Made by a program: the position numbers and the translations under genes
NCBI GenBank assembly: GCA_965238275.1
Contig: OZ250186.1
Span: 384,001 to 448,000 of the forward strand
Length of the DNA stretch: 64,000 bases
Source of the DNA: Nitrosopumilus sp.
GTDB taxonomy: Archaea > Thermoproteota > Nitrososphaeria > Nitrososphaerales > Nitrosopumilaceae
Reading direction: 5' to 3'
Part shown: piece by piece, positions 20,633 through 30,729 of the stretch
Position numbering within the stretch: position 1 is the first letter of the stretch
Layout of the letters: the number at the start of each line of letters is the position of its first letter
Notes under the pieces: model-generated
The model's database searches: none
Seen by the model: only the letters and a program-made list of their open reading frames with translations
Told to the model about the DNA's origin: nothing

Positions 20633-21469
20633 ATGAAGGATACTGTAATCGGCATTACAGTGATAGGCAAGGACAGGGGCGGAATCGTTGCCGCGTTTAC
20701 AAACTTTGTCTTCTTTAGGGGCGGAAACATCAACAAGATAAACCAGAACGTGTACAGCGGCCTTTTTGGCATGTACCTGGAGACCTCGTTTGCAAGGCCC
20801 ATCGACATCAAAAAGTTTGATGCAGACATCCAGGAGATGGCCAAACAGGAGAGGATGGAGGTCAACACCCAGCATGTGACGGATTCAAAGGCAAACATTG
20901 CAATATTTGTCACAAGGGAGCCGCACTGCCTGGACGCCATTCTGAAGGACTCCGAGTCGTTGGAGGGAGTGATTTCAATAATTATCGGCACCGAGGACAC
21001 GCTTGCGCCAAGGGCTGCAAAGGCAGGCATTCCGTTTGTGGTGATTGGGGACAAGGGCCAGCAGGAGGCAGAGGACAAGATTCTCCAGGTGTGCAAAGAG
21101 TACGACATTGATCTGATTGTTCTGGCAAGATACATGAGAATCCTGACGCCAAGCTTTGTCTGGCGGTACCCCAACAGGATCATCAACATTCATCCGTCGC
21201 TGCTGCCTGCGTTTCGCGGCGCATCGGCATACTCGCAGGCATTTGAGAGGGGGACAAAGGTTGTGGGCGTGACATGCCACTACGTTACAGAGAATCTGGA
21301 CCAGGGGCCGATCATACTGCAGGACGTCTTTCATGTGGAGCCTGAGGACACCCTGGAGAGGATAAAGTCAAAGGGGCAGAGGCTGGAGGCAAGTACTCTT
21401 CTCAAGGCCACCAAGATGCACCTTGAGAACAAACTGGATGTCCGCTGGAGAAAGGTCCACATCAAGTGA
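20633..21469 (+). CDS. purU: Formyltetrahydrofolate deformylase
   Basis: N-terminal ACT domain, LARYMRIL, INIHPSLLPAF, GVTCHYV, LDQGPII motifs. Confidence 0.92.
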   Translation: MKDTVIGITVIGKDRGGIVAAFTNFVFFRGGNINKINQNVYSGLFGMYLETSFARPIDIKKFDADIQEMAKQERMEVNTQHVTDSKANIAIFVTREPHCLDAILKDSESLEGVISIIIGTEDTLAPRAAKAGIPFVVIGDKGQQEAEDKILQVCKEYDIDLIVLARYMRILTPSFVWRYPNRIINIHPSLLPAFRGASAYSQAFERGTKVVGVTCHYVTENLDQGPIILQDVFHVEPEDTLERIKSKGQRLEASTLLKATKMHLENKLDVRWRKVHIK

Positions 21470-22203
21470 GTCAGATGCAGGAGATTAGAGCCAAAACCGA
21501 TCCCGGCATCAGAAGAACCATCAGTGCCGGGAACCATACTGCAGTCATTCCGGTGGGCTCCACAGAGCAGCACGGCCCCCACCTGCCCGTATCGACTGAT
21601 TCGGATATCGCAGGGGAGGTGGCAAGAAGGATTGCAGAGAAGAACAGATACCTCCTGTGTCCGGTGCTGACGTACGGCGTCTCCTTTGAGCACGCGCCGC
21701 TCTTCAATCTGAGCATCAGGGGGTCGACGCTGCGCCGCATCCTGACTGACCTGTGCTCATCGCTCCTCTCAAACGGGGTGGAGACAGTCTTTGTGATAAA
21801 CGGGCATCACGGAAACCAGGATGCCATAAGGGATGTGGGGAAGCATATGGATGCAGCCTCAGGCGGGAGGCTCAGGGTGCACACATTCTCGTACTGGCAC
21901 TTCATGGAGGGGGACTTTGACCATGCCGGGTTTGTCGAGACCTCGCTGATGCTGGCAGTATCAGACAGGGTCAGGATGGGGCTGGCCCGAAGGGGGCTGG
22001 TCACAGACGGCATGACAGACAGGGAGATCCAAAGGATCGGACGGCTGGCCCAAAAATCGTTCCCGGAGGCCACGGGAAACGGGATCTGGGGCGATCCGAC
22101 ATGTGCCACCAGGAAAGACGGGCAGAGAATCCTCAGGGAGATAGTCGGGAACCTTGGAAAGAAGTGTCAGGAATGCCTTGCAGGCTACAAAGGTCAAATT
22201 TAA
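21466..22203 (+). CDS. Creatininase/ArfB family amidohydrolase
   Basis: PVGSTEQHGPHLP, NGHHGN, DHAG..ETS motifs. Confidence 0.9.
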   Translation: MSQMQEIRAKTDPGIRRTISAGNHTAVIPVGSTEQHGPHLPVSTDSDIAGEVARRIAEKNRYLLCPVLTYGVSFEHAPLFNLSIRGSTLRRILTDLCSSLLSNGVETVFVINGHHGNQDAIRDVGKHMDAASGGRLRVHTFSYWHFMEGDFDHAGFVETSLMLAVSDRVRMGLARRGLVTDGMTDREIQRIGRLAQKSFPEATGNGIWGDPTCATRKDGQRILREIVGNLGKKCQECLAGYKGQI

Positions 22204-22239
22204 TATAATGCCTCAACATCAAGACAGTGAGTGAGATAG

Positions 22240-22476
22240 ATGTCTGTTGATATGGCCGTTAAGGTATTGGATGAGAGCATAAACGAAGTGGTACTCATAA
22301 AACTCAAGGGAAACAAGACAATCAGAGGCAATCTTCTTGGATTTGACCAGCACATGAATCTGCTACTTGACTATTCAGAAGACATTCCTGCCCAAGGCGA
22401 GCCAAAGAGCCTGGGAACCATCGTGGTCAGGGGCGACAACGTAGTCATGATATCCCCTCCGCCCCCACAGAGATAG
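22240..22476 (+). CDS. Sm-like (Lsm/SmAP1) RNA-binding protein
   Basis: [22 protein letters not shown] motifs; conserved position before rpl37e. Confidence 0.95.
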   Translation: MSVDMAVKVLDESINEVVLIKLKGNKTIRGNLLGFDQHMNLLLDYSEDIPAQGEPKSLGTIVVRGDNVVMISPPPPQR

Positions 22477-22485
22477 GTGGTCTGG

Positions 22486-22653
22486 ATGGTCAAAGGCACA
22501 ACTTCCATGGGGGGTTTTACAAAAAAGAAGGTTCACATCAGATGTAGGAGATGCGGCAAGAATTCACTCCACAAACGCCACCACAAATGTGCAAGCTGTG
22601 GTTTCCCCGATGCCAAACGCAGAAAATATTCCTGGATTAAATGGTACACATAG
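22486..22653 (+). CDS. rpl37e: 50S ribosomal protein L37e
   Basis: Manual translation [55 protein letters not shown]; below the ORF-track size cutoff. Confidence 0.96.
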   Translation: MVKGTTSMGGFTKKKVHIRCRRCGKNSLHKRHHKCASCGFPDAKRRKYSWIKWYT

Positions 22654-23736
22654 ATGCAGGAGATTGCGATTATTCTTGGTTCGCTAGCTGGAGTGGCCAC
22701 AGCAGCGGCTGCCATACGAATCGCCCCCAAGGGTAACGGCGCACCTGACGGCCCGCAGACCACAGGCGAGTCAAGATATCTGGAGATCGAAAGAGAGATT
22801 CTTACCAAGACGATTGCAAGGCTGTACGAGGCAGATACAGGACTGACCAAGGGTCAGAGGGACGGCCTCCTGATCAAATACCAGCACCGGTTGGAGATCA
22901 TACAGCTCAAGATACAGAGGCTAAAGCATACCGGCAGCAGCAAGGAGACAGACGAAGGCGTGGGCAATCTGATGATCAGGATGGATGAAAAGCTCTCCAA
23001 ACTGGACGAAAGGATCCACGAGTTGTCATCAAGCATGGCAGAGACCAGGGAGAGGCTGCTCCAGGAGACATGGGCCAGAAGGCAGATACAGGAGGAGCAT
23101 TCCCCAAGCGAACCTGCCACCGTTACAGCACCAGGCGTGCCTGCCAGAATTCCTGTTGAGACATCTGCCGGCATTCCAGCAGCAGCAGCAACAACGTCAT
23201 TGCCCGAGGCGCCAGCAGGGATACCTGCCGGCATTCCAGCAGCAGCAGCAGCAGCAACAACAACGTCATTGCCCGAGGCGCCGGTTGTAATACCTGCAGG
23301 CACAGATGATGATGCCAAGACGGATGATCCGGCCAGAGCAGGCAGCATCTCAAGAGGGGTGCAGCCGCATCCAAGGGGTCAGGAGATAAGACCCCTGCCA
23401 GAGCCTAAGAAGATCGATGCCGAGGTGGCAGAACCAAGGAAGGAACAGGCCGCCGCCGCCGCCGCCGCCGCCACCACCCTGACTGAATCAAGCCGCAAAA
23501 GCATGACGGAGGCCAATACGGTAAAACCCGAAGATGACGCCGCAGACAAGGCAAAACCGGATACGCCGCTGGCATCCCAGACAAACATACCGGAGCTGGA
23601 GGAGCCAGGTGATGATATTGACGATGCAGAGGAGCTCAAAAAGATCAAGGATGACATCAACAAGGCCCGGGAGTACGATGACATCAACAAGGCTGACAAA
23701 GCTTGCCCAGACAGAGGTGGAGTAGATGTCCTATGA
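22654..23736 (+). CDS. Membrane-anchored coiled-coil hypothetical protein with Ala/Pro-rich repeats
   Basis: N-terminal TM, coiled coil, duplicated AGIPAAAATTSLPEAP; an alternative-frame ending LTKLAQTEVE* at 23725 abuts rpiA, suggesting a C-terminal frameshift. Confidence 0.75.
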   Translation: MQEIAIILGSLAGVATAAAAIRIAPKGNGAPDGPQTTGESRYLEIEREILTKTIARLYEADTGLTKGQRDGLLIKYQHRLEIIQLKIQRLKHTGSSKETDEGVGNLMIRMDEKLSKLDERIHELSSSMAETRERLLQETWARRQIQEEHSPSEPATVTAPGVPARIPVETSAGIPAAAATTSLPEAPAGIPAGIPAAAAAATTTSLPEAPVVIPAGTDDDAKTDDPARAGSISRGVQPHPRGQEIRPLPEPKKIDAEVAEPRKEQAAAAAAAATTLTESSRKSMTEANTVKPEDDAADKAKPDTPLASQTNIPELEEPGDDIDDAEELKKIKDDINKAREYDDINKADKACPDRGGVDVL

Positions 23737-24400
23737 CGAGGCCATAAAGGCAGTAGCAGATGATGCGCTAAAACATGTCAGGGAGAGTTTCGTTGTGGGG
23801 CTGGGAAGCGGAAGGGCCGCGGCCGCGCTGGTAAGGTCGCTTGCAGAACGGAACAGAAAGGAGGATCTGCATGTCGTGGGGGTTCCAACCTCGCTTCAAA
23901 TCAAGCTGATTGCAGGGGACTGCGGCATGCCATTAACCGAGGCAGACCAGGTCGACGATATCGACGTGGTGTTTGATGGTGCAGACCAGATTGATTCTGA
24001 AAGGTTTGTAATCAAGGGCGGCGGAGGCGCCCTGCTGCGCGAGAACATCTTGTTCAGCCTTGCAAAAAAAGTAGTGGTAATGGCAGACGAGACAAAGTTT
24101 GTAGAGGATCTATCCAGGGAGGTTCCAGTGGAGATTCATCCGCTTGCAAGGACGGCAGTAGAGAATGCCATTGCAGGGCTTGACGGGAGTACGACCCTCC
24201 GTACGCTTGAGAGGGGGTATCCGTTCTTTACGGAGAACGGCAACATAATTCTGGACTGCGATTTTGGCACCATAGTGGATCCGGCGGTCCTGACCCAGAG
24301 GATCAAAAGCATACCGGGGGTCATGGAGTCAGGCATATTTCTGAGGAGGCCGGATGTAATCTACAGGGCCGGAACAGGCGGCAAGTTTGACGTGCTCTAG
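23726..24400 (+). CDS. rpiA: Ribose-5-phosphate isomerase A
   Basis: GLGSG, DGADQ, IKGGGGALLRE, TENGN motifs. Confidence 0.95.
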   Translation: MSYDEAIKAVADDALKHVRESFVVGLGSGRAAAALVRSLAERNRKEDLHVVGVPTSLQIKLIAGDCGMPLTEADQVDDIDVVFDGADQIDSERFVIKGGGGALLRENILFSLAKKVVVMADETKFVEDLSREVPVEIHPLARTAVENAIAGLDGSTTLRTLERGYPFFTENGNIILDCDFGTIVDPAVLTQRIKSIPGVMESGIFLRRPDVIYRAGTGGKFDVL

Positions 24401-24461
24401 GTTCAGGCAATTGGCGTAGCCGCTCAGGCAGAACGATAACTTTGAATCCCCTGCAACCCAC

Positions 24462-25529
24462 TCAGGTCACAAACAGGAACCTGTCCTCCTGCCATCCCTC
24501 CTGCAGCCTGCCCTCTATCGGAATACGGTTCCCGCAGAACATGCAGCAGTTGTTCTGATCAAGGTTCCACTGTCTTATTCTGAACCCGTACCTGTTGACA
24601 ACCACGTTCTGGCATTCGGCGCAGTAGGTATGCTCAAGTCTGTGGCCGGGGACGTTTCCCAGGTAGACATACCGGAGGCCCTCCTTTTTTGCAACATCAT
24701 AGTGCCTCTCAAGGGTCTCAACGGGAGTGCTTGGATACTCCATCATCTTGTAGTCGGGATGAAACCTCAGAAAATGGATGGGCATCTCGGGCCCGAATTC
24801 GTCATAGATGAATTTTGAGAGTTTTCTTGCATGCTCCAGGTCATCGCCTGCGCCCGGCACGATAAGATCGGTAATCTCCACGTGAATGTTGGTCCTGTCG
24901 CGTATCTCCAGCAGGGTGTCAAAGATTGGCTGGGGGTCAGGCACCCCGATGAATCTTCGTGTAAACTCCTTTTCTGCGCTGCCCTTAAAGTCGACGGTGA
25001 TGCCGTCAAGGAACTGGTCCATCATGGATACGGATTCCGGGGTGTCATACCCGTTTGAGACGAATACGTTGAAGAGCCCCCTCTTTCTTGCCTCGATCCC
25101 GCAGTCGCGCGCAAACTCGATGAATATGGAGGGCTCGTTGTAGGTGTATGCTATGCCGTGGGCACCGTATTTTGCAGCAGTCTCTGCCACCTGGACGGGG
25201 GTCATGTCGTTGCCCTCGACCTTTCTGCGCTGGCTGATATCGGAGTTCTGGCAGTACCGGCAGAGCCAGTTGCATCCGGTGGTTGCAATGGAGTATATCC
25301 GGCTTCCAGGATAGTAGTGCGTAAGGGGCTTCTTCTCGATGGGATCAATGTGCCCTGAGATCACCTTGCCGTACGCATAAAGCTGCAGCCTGCCGTCCTC
25401 GTTTCCTCTTATTCCGCAGAGGCCGATCTGTCCCTTTCCTATATCGCACAGCCTGGCACATGCTGTACACTGCACCCTGTCGTTTGGGAGCTTACGGTAC
25501 AGTTCGGCCTCTCTTCCGGGTATGCTCAA
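24462..25529 (-). CDS. amrS: AmmeMemoRadiSam system radical SAM enzyme
   Basis: CTACARLC, DPIEKKPL, GCNWLCRYCQN, YTYNEP motifs; adjacent to amrA/amrB. Confidence 0.93.
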   Translation of the reverse strand: MSIPGREAELYRKLPNDRVQCTACARLCDIGKGQIGLCGIRGNEDGRLQLYAYGKVISGHIDPIEKKPLTHYYPGSRIYSIATTGCNWLCRYCQNSDISQRRKVEGNDMTPVQVAETAAKYGAHGIAYTYNEPSIFIEFARDCGIEARKRGLFNVFVSNGYDTPESVSMMDQFLDGITVDFKGSAEKEFTRRFIGVPDPQPIFDTLLEIRDRTNIHVEITDLIVPGAGDDLEHARKLSKFIYDEFGPEMPIHFLRFHPDYKMMEYPSTPVETLERHYDVAKKEGLRYVYLGNVPGHRLEHTYCAECQNVVVNRYGFRIRQWNLDQNNCCMFCGNRIPIEGRLQEGWQEDRFLFVT

Positions 25530-25562
25530 TGTTTTTTATTACTACCGTGCATATTTAACGGT

Positions 25563-26198
25563 GTGACAGAACCTGTAGACATCTCAGACGAACAAGGGGC
25601 GGAGCTGGTAACTACCGCACGGAGAACCGTCACGGAGTTTCTGGAGGGGAACCAGAAGAGAAGGAAGGAGGGTAAGTTTTACTCCCAGTTTGGCTTTCAC
25701 GCCGGAGTCTTTGTAACGCTGAACAGGAATGGCTCCCTGAGGGGATGCATCGGGTACCCTCTTCCGTCAATGAGGCTTTGTGACGGGCTGGCAGAGGCTG
25801 CAGTCTCGGCTGCAACCAGGGATCCCAGATTCAGTCCGGTGACATCAGACGAGCTGGATACGATTACATTCGAGGTGACGGTTCTCACCGCACCTGCCCG
25901 GATTGTAGCAGGGGATCCCGAAGAGTACGTCCGGGAAGTCACGGTGGGAAGGCACGGGCTGCTGGTGGAAAGCGCATTCTCGTCGGGGCTGCTGCTCCCG
26001 CAGGTTCCTGCAGAGTACGGCTGGGATGCACGGGAGTTTCTGGCCCATACCTGCATCAAGGCGGGACTGGGCAGGGACGCATGGAAGGATCGCTCCACCA
26101 GGGTCTCAAGGTTTGAGGGGACAATATTCAGGGAGGAGTCCCCCGGAGGCAGGATAATCAGGGAGCCGCCTGGGGGGGGCGGGGGAGCACGGGAGTGA
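25563..26198 (+). CDS. amrA: AMMECR1 domain protein (AmmeMemoRadiSam protein A)
   Basis: GVFVTL..LRGCIG, RDPRF, GLLLPQV motifs. Confidence 0.93.
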   Translation: MTEPVDISDEQGAELVTTARRTVTEFLEGNQKRRKEGKFYSQFGFHAGVFVTLNRNGSLRGCIGYPLPSMRLCDGLAEAAVSAATRDPRFSPVTSDELDTITFEVTVLTAPARIVAGDPEEYVREVTVGRHGLLVESAFSSGLLLPQVPAEYGWDAREFLAHTCIKAGLGRDAWKDRSTRVSRFEGTIFREESPGGRIIREPPGGGGGARE

Positions 26199-27031
26199 CT
26201 GCACACAAAAGGCCGCCGGCTGTCGCAGGACAGTTCTATCCGGAAACGGCAGAGGAACTGGAGGCCATGATAGCATCATGCAGCATGCACAGGTGCGGCC
26301 CCGGCAGCCAGCAGGCAGACGACGGCAGGGTGTACGGGGTGGTAAGCCCCCATGCAGGCTACATGTACTCCGGACCCACTGCATGCCACGCATACAGGGC
26401 CATATCGCTGCAGAGGCCGGAGCTTGTAGTTATTGTGGGACCGAACCACTACGGCATAGGAAGGGATGCGGCAACCATGACAGAGGCAGAATGGGAGACG
26501 CCGCTGGGAATGGTCGGGGTGGACTCGGATTCTGCAAGGAGCCTGTCAGGCATATCAGGTACAGTCGAGATCGACTACCACTCCCATTCCAGGGATCACA
26601 GCCTTGAGGTCCAGATACCCATGCTGCAGTCCACGTTCCCGGGCGGGTTTGAGATTCTTCCGATAATCCTGAAATCGCAGGACCGGGGCACGGCAGAGGA
26701 TGTCGGGGCGGCCATATCAGAGGTTGCGGCAAAGAAGAATACGGTCATTATCGCATCGTCTGATTTTACTCACTATGAGGAGCAGTCCTTTGCCCGCATG
26801 CAGGACATGGCCCTGATCAAGCCCATACTGGATATGGACGTGGAGGCATTCTATGACGTGCTGGAAAGGAGAAGGGTGTCTGCATGCGGGTACGGGGCCA
26901 TCGCATCGGTCATGACTGCATGCAGGAGGCTTGGCGCAACAAGGGGCGTTCTGCTAGGCTATGCCACAAGCGGGGACGTGTCAGGGGACACCGAATCCGT
27001 GGTGGGGTACGGTGCGATAAAGTTTGTCTGA
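26195..27031 (+). CDS. amrB: MEMO1 family protein (AmmeMemoRadiSam protein B)
   Basis: PAVAGQFYP, PHAGYMYSG, DHSLEVQIP, SSDFTHY, VVGYG motifs. Confidence 0.93.
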   Translation: MTAHKRPPAVAGQFYPETAEELEAMIASCSMHRCGPGSQQADDGRVYGVVSPHAGYMYSGPTACHAYRAISLQRPELVVIVGPNHYGIGRDAATMTEAEWETPLGMVGVDSDSARSLSGISGTVEIDYHSHSRDHSLEVQIPMLQSTFPGGFEILPIILKSQDRGTAEDVGAAISEVAAKKNTVIIASSDFTHYEEQSFARMQDMALIKPILDMDVEAFYDVLERRRVSACGYGAIASVMTACRRLGATRGVLLGYATSGDVSGDTESVVGYGAIKFV

Positions 27032-27084
27032 GATGTCCTGCCGTGTGGGCAGCTGCCGTCGTGCCGGGGGATCAGGCAGGAGGA

Positions 27085-28488
27085 CTATTCTGGAGGCATT
27101 CCTGCCTGGCGCATTATCAGGCTGCCATGTCCGGGACGCCCGATCACCTCAAAGTCTTCGGTGACTGTCTCCCCGCGCACGATCGTCTTGACAGGCCATC
27201 CCCTGAGGGCCATTCCCTCGTACACTGCATAGTCTGAGAACCCCCCGAACAGATCCGAGGTCACCTTCTTCTCCATCTTCAAGTCGATCATGGCAATGTC
27301 TGCATCCGATCCCTTCCGGATTATCCCCTTGCGCGGATACATGTTGAATATGCGGGATGCGTTGTAGCTTGTAACCCTTGCAAACTGCTCCAGCGTGATC
27401 CTGTTCCGGTTGACGCCGTCGTTGAGCAGTATGGGGATAATAGTCCCAATGCCGGGGAATCCTGCCAGGGCCCCCCACACGTCATCGCCTCCCAGCTTGA
27501 GCCCGAGCCTGTTGGCGACATGATCGGTCCCCACCGTGTCAACAAGATTCCCGGACAGCGCGCCCCAGACTGCCCTCTGGTCCTCCAGCGTTCTGATCGG
27601 TGGCATGACCTTGGCAAGGTATCCATTCTGGGTCTCGTATGAGAGGGTCAGGTAGTGCGGGCATGTCTCTACAAATATCATGGTGCCAAGCCGCCGCTCC
27701 TCCTGAATCTGTGCAAGCGCCACGGCCGAACCCACATGGACAAAGTAGATGACGCACCCGTGCCTCCGCCCAAACTCCGAGACTGTCCGTATCGCCTTTG
27801 CCTCAGACTCGGGGGATCTGCTGTGGGACCATGCCGACAGCCCGTCCTGTTTCTTCTCCTGTGCAGTCCTGATTCCACACCCGCACGACTCATAGTCCTC
27901 GGCATGAACCAGTACGGGGCAGCCAAGGGATGCGGCAGTCATCACAGTCTTTTCCACTATCTCATCAGTAACCTCCACCTGTGCTGCCACAAGCCCGGAG
28001 GAGCCGGGCGGCATGTCCATGTAGACATGGCCCACCTCGCCGCCCAGATTCATGTAAATTTTAAACGACGTGATTCCCTTCTCAACGCAGAATCCCATCT
28101 GGCTGATCTGTGCGTCGTTGAAGACAGAGGCATGGAGGGCATAATCGATGTGGTGGTTTTTGGCAGAGGCGTCAAGCTGGGCCGGAAGGGTGTCGCGGAA
28201 CGGGCCGCCCAGCCTCAGCATCCTCATCATGGTGGTTATTCCTCCGATCGCCGCAGCATGCGACTCGGTTTGGGCAGCCTGGTCAATCGGGGAGTAGACG
28301 CCGTAGTGCACATGCGTGTCTATCGGGCCCGGAACAGAGACCAGTCCGCGGCCGTTGATCTTGTGATCGCACGAGGGCACATCACTTGAAATTCCGACTA
28401 TCCGTCCCCCGTCAATTATGATGTTCTTGTCGACCATGCCGTTTGGCAGTATGACATGCGAGTCGACGATCACAGCATCATATGTCAT
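27085..28488 (-). CDS. Dihydroorotase/dihydropyrimidinase-family cyclic amidohydrolase
   Basis: IDTHVH, SFKIYM, VHAED, ETCPHYL, GTDH motifs. Confidence 0.88.
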   Translation of the reverse strand: MTYDAVIVDSHVILPNGMVDKNIIIDGGRIVGISSDVPSCDHKINGRGLVSVPGPIDTHVHYGVYSPIDQAAQTESHAAAIGGITTMMRMLRLGGPFRDTLPAQLDASAKNHHIDYALHASVFNDAQISQMGFCVEKGITSFKIYMNLGGEVGHVYMDMPPGSSGLVAAQVEVTDEIVEKTVMTAASLGCPVLVHAEDYESCGCGIRTAQEKKQDGLSAWSHSRSPESEAKAIRTVSEFGRRHGCVIYFVHVGSAVALAQIQEERRLGTMIFVETCPHYLTLSYETQNGYLAKVMPPIRTLEDQRAVWGALSGNLVDTVGTDHVANRLGLKLGGDDVWGALAGFPGIGTIIPILLNDGVNRNRITLEQFARVTSYNASRIFNMYPRKGIIRKGSDADIAMIDLKMEKKVTSDLFGGFSDYAVYEGMALRGWPVKTIVRGETVTEDFEVIGRPGHGSLIMRQAGMPPE

Positions 28489-28605
28489 CGGAGATTCATG
28501 CTGGCTGCATGCTATTATGCGTTAAGAGGGATTAATGACATGCCTCCCGGAACGGCCCGGCCTGCCAAGAAAATGATTAAAAACGCAATCCTGTGAGACT
28601 AACGG

Positions 28606-28677
28606 GGGCCGGTGGTTTAGGGGCATAATGCCTCGTTCGCAACGAGGATGTCGGGGGTTCGATTCCCCCCCGGTCCA
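28606..28677 (+). tRNA. tRNA-Ala(CGC)
   Basis: GGGCCGG/CCGGTCC acceptor with G3:U70, CCTCG-TTCGCAA-CGAGG anticodon arm, GGTTCGATTCC. Confidence 0.94.
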
Positions 28678-28780
28678 CCTTAGTCTCATACAGGGTTGTG
28701 GCCAGGCATTGGATTGGACGGAGTGTGTGTGCGTGTGGCGGCCGAAGGGCAGTCTTGGTCTCAAGGATTCCTCCATCGGA

Positions 28781-28806
28781 GCTGGCTGGCTGGCTGGCTG
28801 GCTGGC
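28781..28806. repeat. (GCTG)n microsatellite
   Basis: About six tandem GCTG units just upstream of the next gene's promoter. Confidence 0.8.
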
Positions 28807-28847
28807 ACCGGGAAACCATTATACGTAAACAGGAAACACCAAACAAC

Positions 28848-29204
28848 ATGGAGACGTTTGACGGTAAAAAGGCAGCACAGGACTACATGTCAAAGCACAC
28901 CCTGGCGTTTTCAACCCCGGAGCTGACGCTGATGAGGTTCGCGTTCTGGCTGGGAGAATCCGTTCCGGATCCTGACAACGCCGGAAAGGGAATACCAAGG
29001 ATGATGACATTCCTGATCGAGCAGGACTTTGAGCCGGTGCTTATTGACGATGACAAGTACGAGCCTACAGGAGCCGTCCGAAGCGCGGCTGTTTACGGCA
29101 ACGCCTACAAGGAAGAGAAGGGCGACGGAAGATTCTGCTCGGAATGCGGTGCAGGCATCTCGGCTACGGCAAAGTTCTGTCCCGAGTGCGGAACAACACA
29201 GTAA
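28848..29204 (+). CDS. Zinc-ribbon domain protein
   Basis: Start METFDGK at 28848; C-terminal FCSECG..KFCPECG. Confidence 0.85.
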   Translation: METFDGKKAAQDYMSKHTLAFSTPELTLMRFAFWLGESVPDPDNAGKGIPRMMTFLIEQDFEPVLIDDDKYEPTGAVRSAAVYGNAYKEEKGDGRFCSECGAGISATAKFCPECGTTQ

Positions 29205-29283
29205 TTGACTCTGGCACTAAACCTGCCACGGATAAAATAACGAAGATTGTTTTCTATCCGCGTCACAGTAATTGGCTCTGGCA

Positions 29284-29820
29284 CTAAACCTTGGTGCCGC
29301 ATTTTGTACAGAATTTTGCCCCTGCCCTAAGGTCTGCACCGCATGAGGTGCAGTTGTTGGAGCCGGCACTTGCAGGCTGCTGTTGCCTTGGCATCAGTGC
29401 AGGATCCGGCGAAGGCAGGGTTCCGACATCGCCAAACGATTCGGCTGCAGAGACTATTCCGGGCGGACCTCCGACGGGGTTCTGTGCCGTGCCTGCCCTT
29501 GGAGGCACCCCTCCCATTCCGCCTGCCATCATCCCCGGATTGCCCATTCCGGGCATAAGGCCTGGGGATTGCGTGGTGCCGGTCTTGGACCCCATGGACT
29601 TTCTCATCTCAAACATCACCTTGATTGCCAAAAATTCCAGTGCAGAATACGCAACTACGTAATCGCCGAGTTTTTGGAAGAACTCCTTGTCAGACAGCTG
29701 ACCCTTCTTGTACATGTTGTTGGTATCCAGAAATGATTCGTAGTACCCCTGTGACTCGTCAAACAGGCTGTCCAGCTTGTCAAAGAGCATGTTCAGGGTG
29801 TCTACTTCTCCAAATGACAT
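29284..29820 (-). CDS. Zinc-ribbon domain protein (Gly/Pro-rich linker)
   Basis: C-terminal CTSCG..KFCTKCG; helical N-terminus. Confidence 0.85.
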   Translation of the reverse strand: MSFGEVDTLNMLFDKLDSLFDESQGYYESFLDTNNMYKKGQLSDKEFFQKLGDYVVAYSALEFLAIKVMFEMRKSMGSKTGTTQSPGLMPGMGNPGMMAGGMGGVPPRAGTAQNPVGGPPGIVSAAESFGDVGTLPSPDPALMPRQQQPASAGSNNCTSCGADLRAGAKFCTKCGTKV

Positions 29821-30026
29821 GTACAAAGACAGTATTCGTGTTATTAATTACTTTAGAATCACCGCCGGTACATGCCCGGGTTTTTCCCAAAACCGGACAC
29901 GGTTATGGTTTGTGCCGGAATGGATCCTTGACACTGACTGCCGTCATTATGACATGACAGTCAAGGAATAGGCCGGGTGTGGCAGAAAGATCACTAGCCA
30001 AAAAATAGAAAAGATGTGCGTGTAGA

Positions 30027-30353
30027 TTATGCAAGTGCACGGTTGATCATGTTCTGGTATGATTCCTTGGAGGCTGCACCGACCTGCTGGCTGACTACCT
30101 CTCCCTTGTTGAAGAGTATCAGTGTCGGAATGCTAAAGACGTTGTATTTTGAAGCCAGTTCCCCGGCCTCGTCGACGTTAACCTTGACAAACTTTACTTT
30201 GCCTTCGTACTCGCCTGCGAGATCTTCGACTACGGGACTGACCATTCTGCATGGACCACACCATTCAGCCCAAAAGTCCACAAATACAGGTACGGAGGAA
30301 TTCATCACGTCAACCTCCCAGGATCGTGCATCTGAAACTTGAGTAACACCCAT
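30027..30353 (-). CDS. trxA: Thioredoxin
   Basis: VDFWAEWCGPCR motif; real start MGVTQVS at 30353. Confidence 0.94.
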   Translation of the reverse strand: MGVTQVSDARSWEVDVMNSSVPVFVDFWAEWCGPCRMVSPVVEDLAGEYEGKVKFVKVNVDEAGELASKYNVFSIPTLILFNKGEVVSQQVGAASKESYQNMINRALA

Positions 30354-30729
30354 GTAGGGTAACGTAAACTGCATACCTAAAAATGTTAACCAGAATTTAA
30401 CATCTGATAGTGTCAACATAATATTAGAAAGAGCTACCATCACATCGCCACCCAGCCGCGTTCTGCCGGCAGAACCAAATGCCGAGGTTGCCCCACATAC
30501 AGCAGGTATCGGTTCATATGGCCAAACCGCCATTGGCGGTATGACATACGTCTGATGAACCGGCCCGGCCGCAGATATCATGATGCATGGATAGCCGGGT
30601 TTGTTGTGTAATGCAGGGAAGGCAGGCCCTGAAGCGCAGGCTGCTTGGATCCAGGTGCAATCCCAGGGATTGTGTTCAGAGCCCAAAGTTTTCCATATAC
30701 TTAAATGATGTATTGTGAAATGTTCAGAC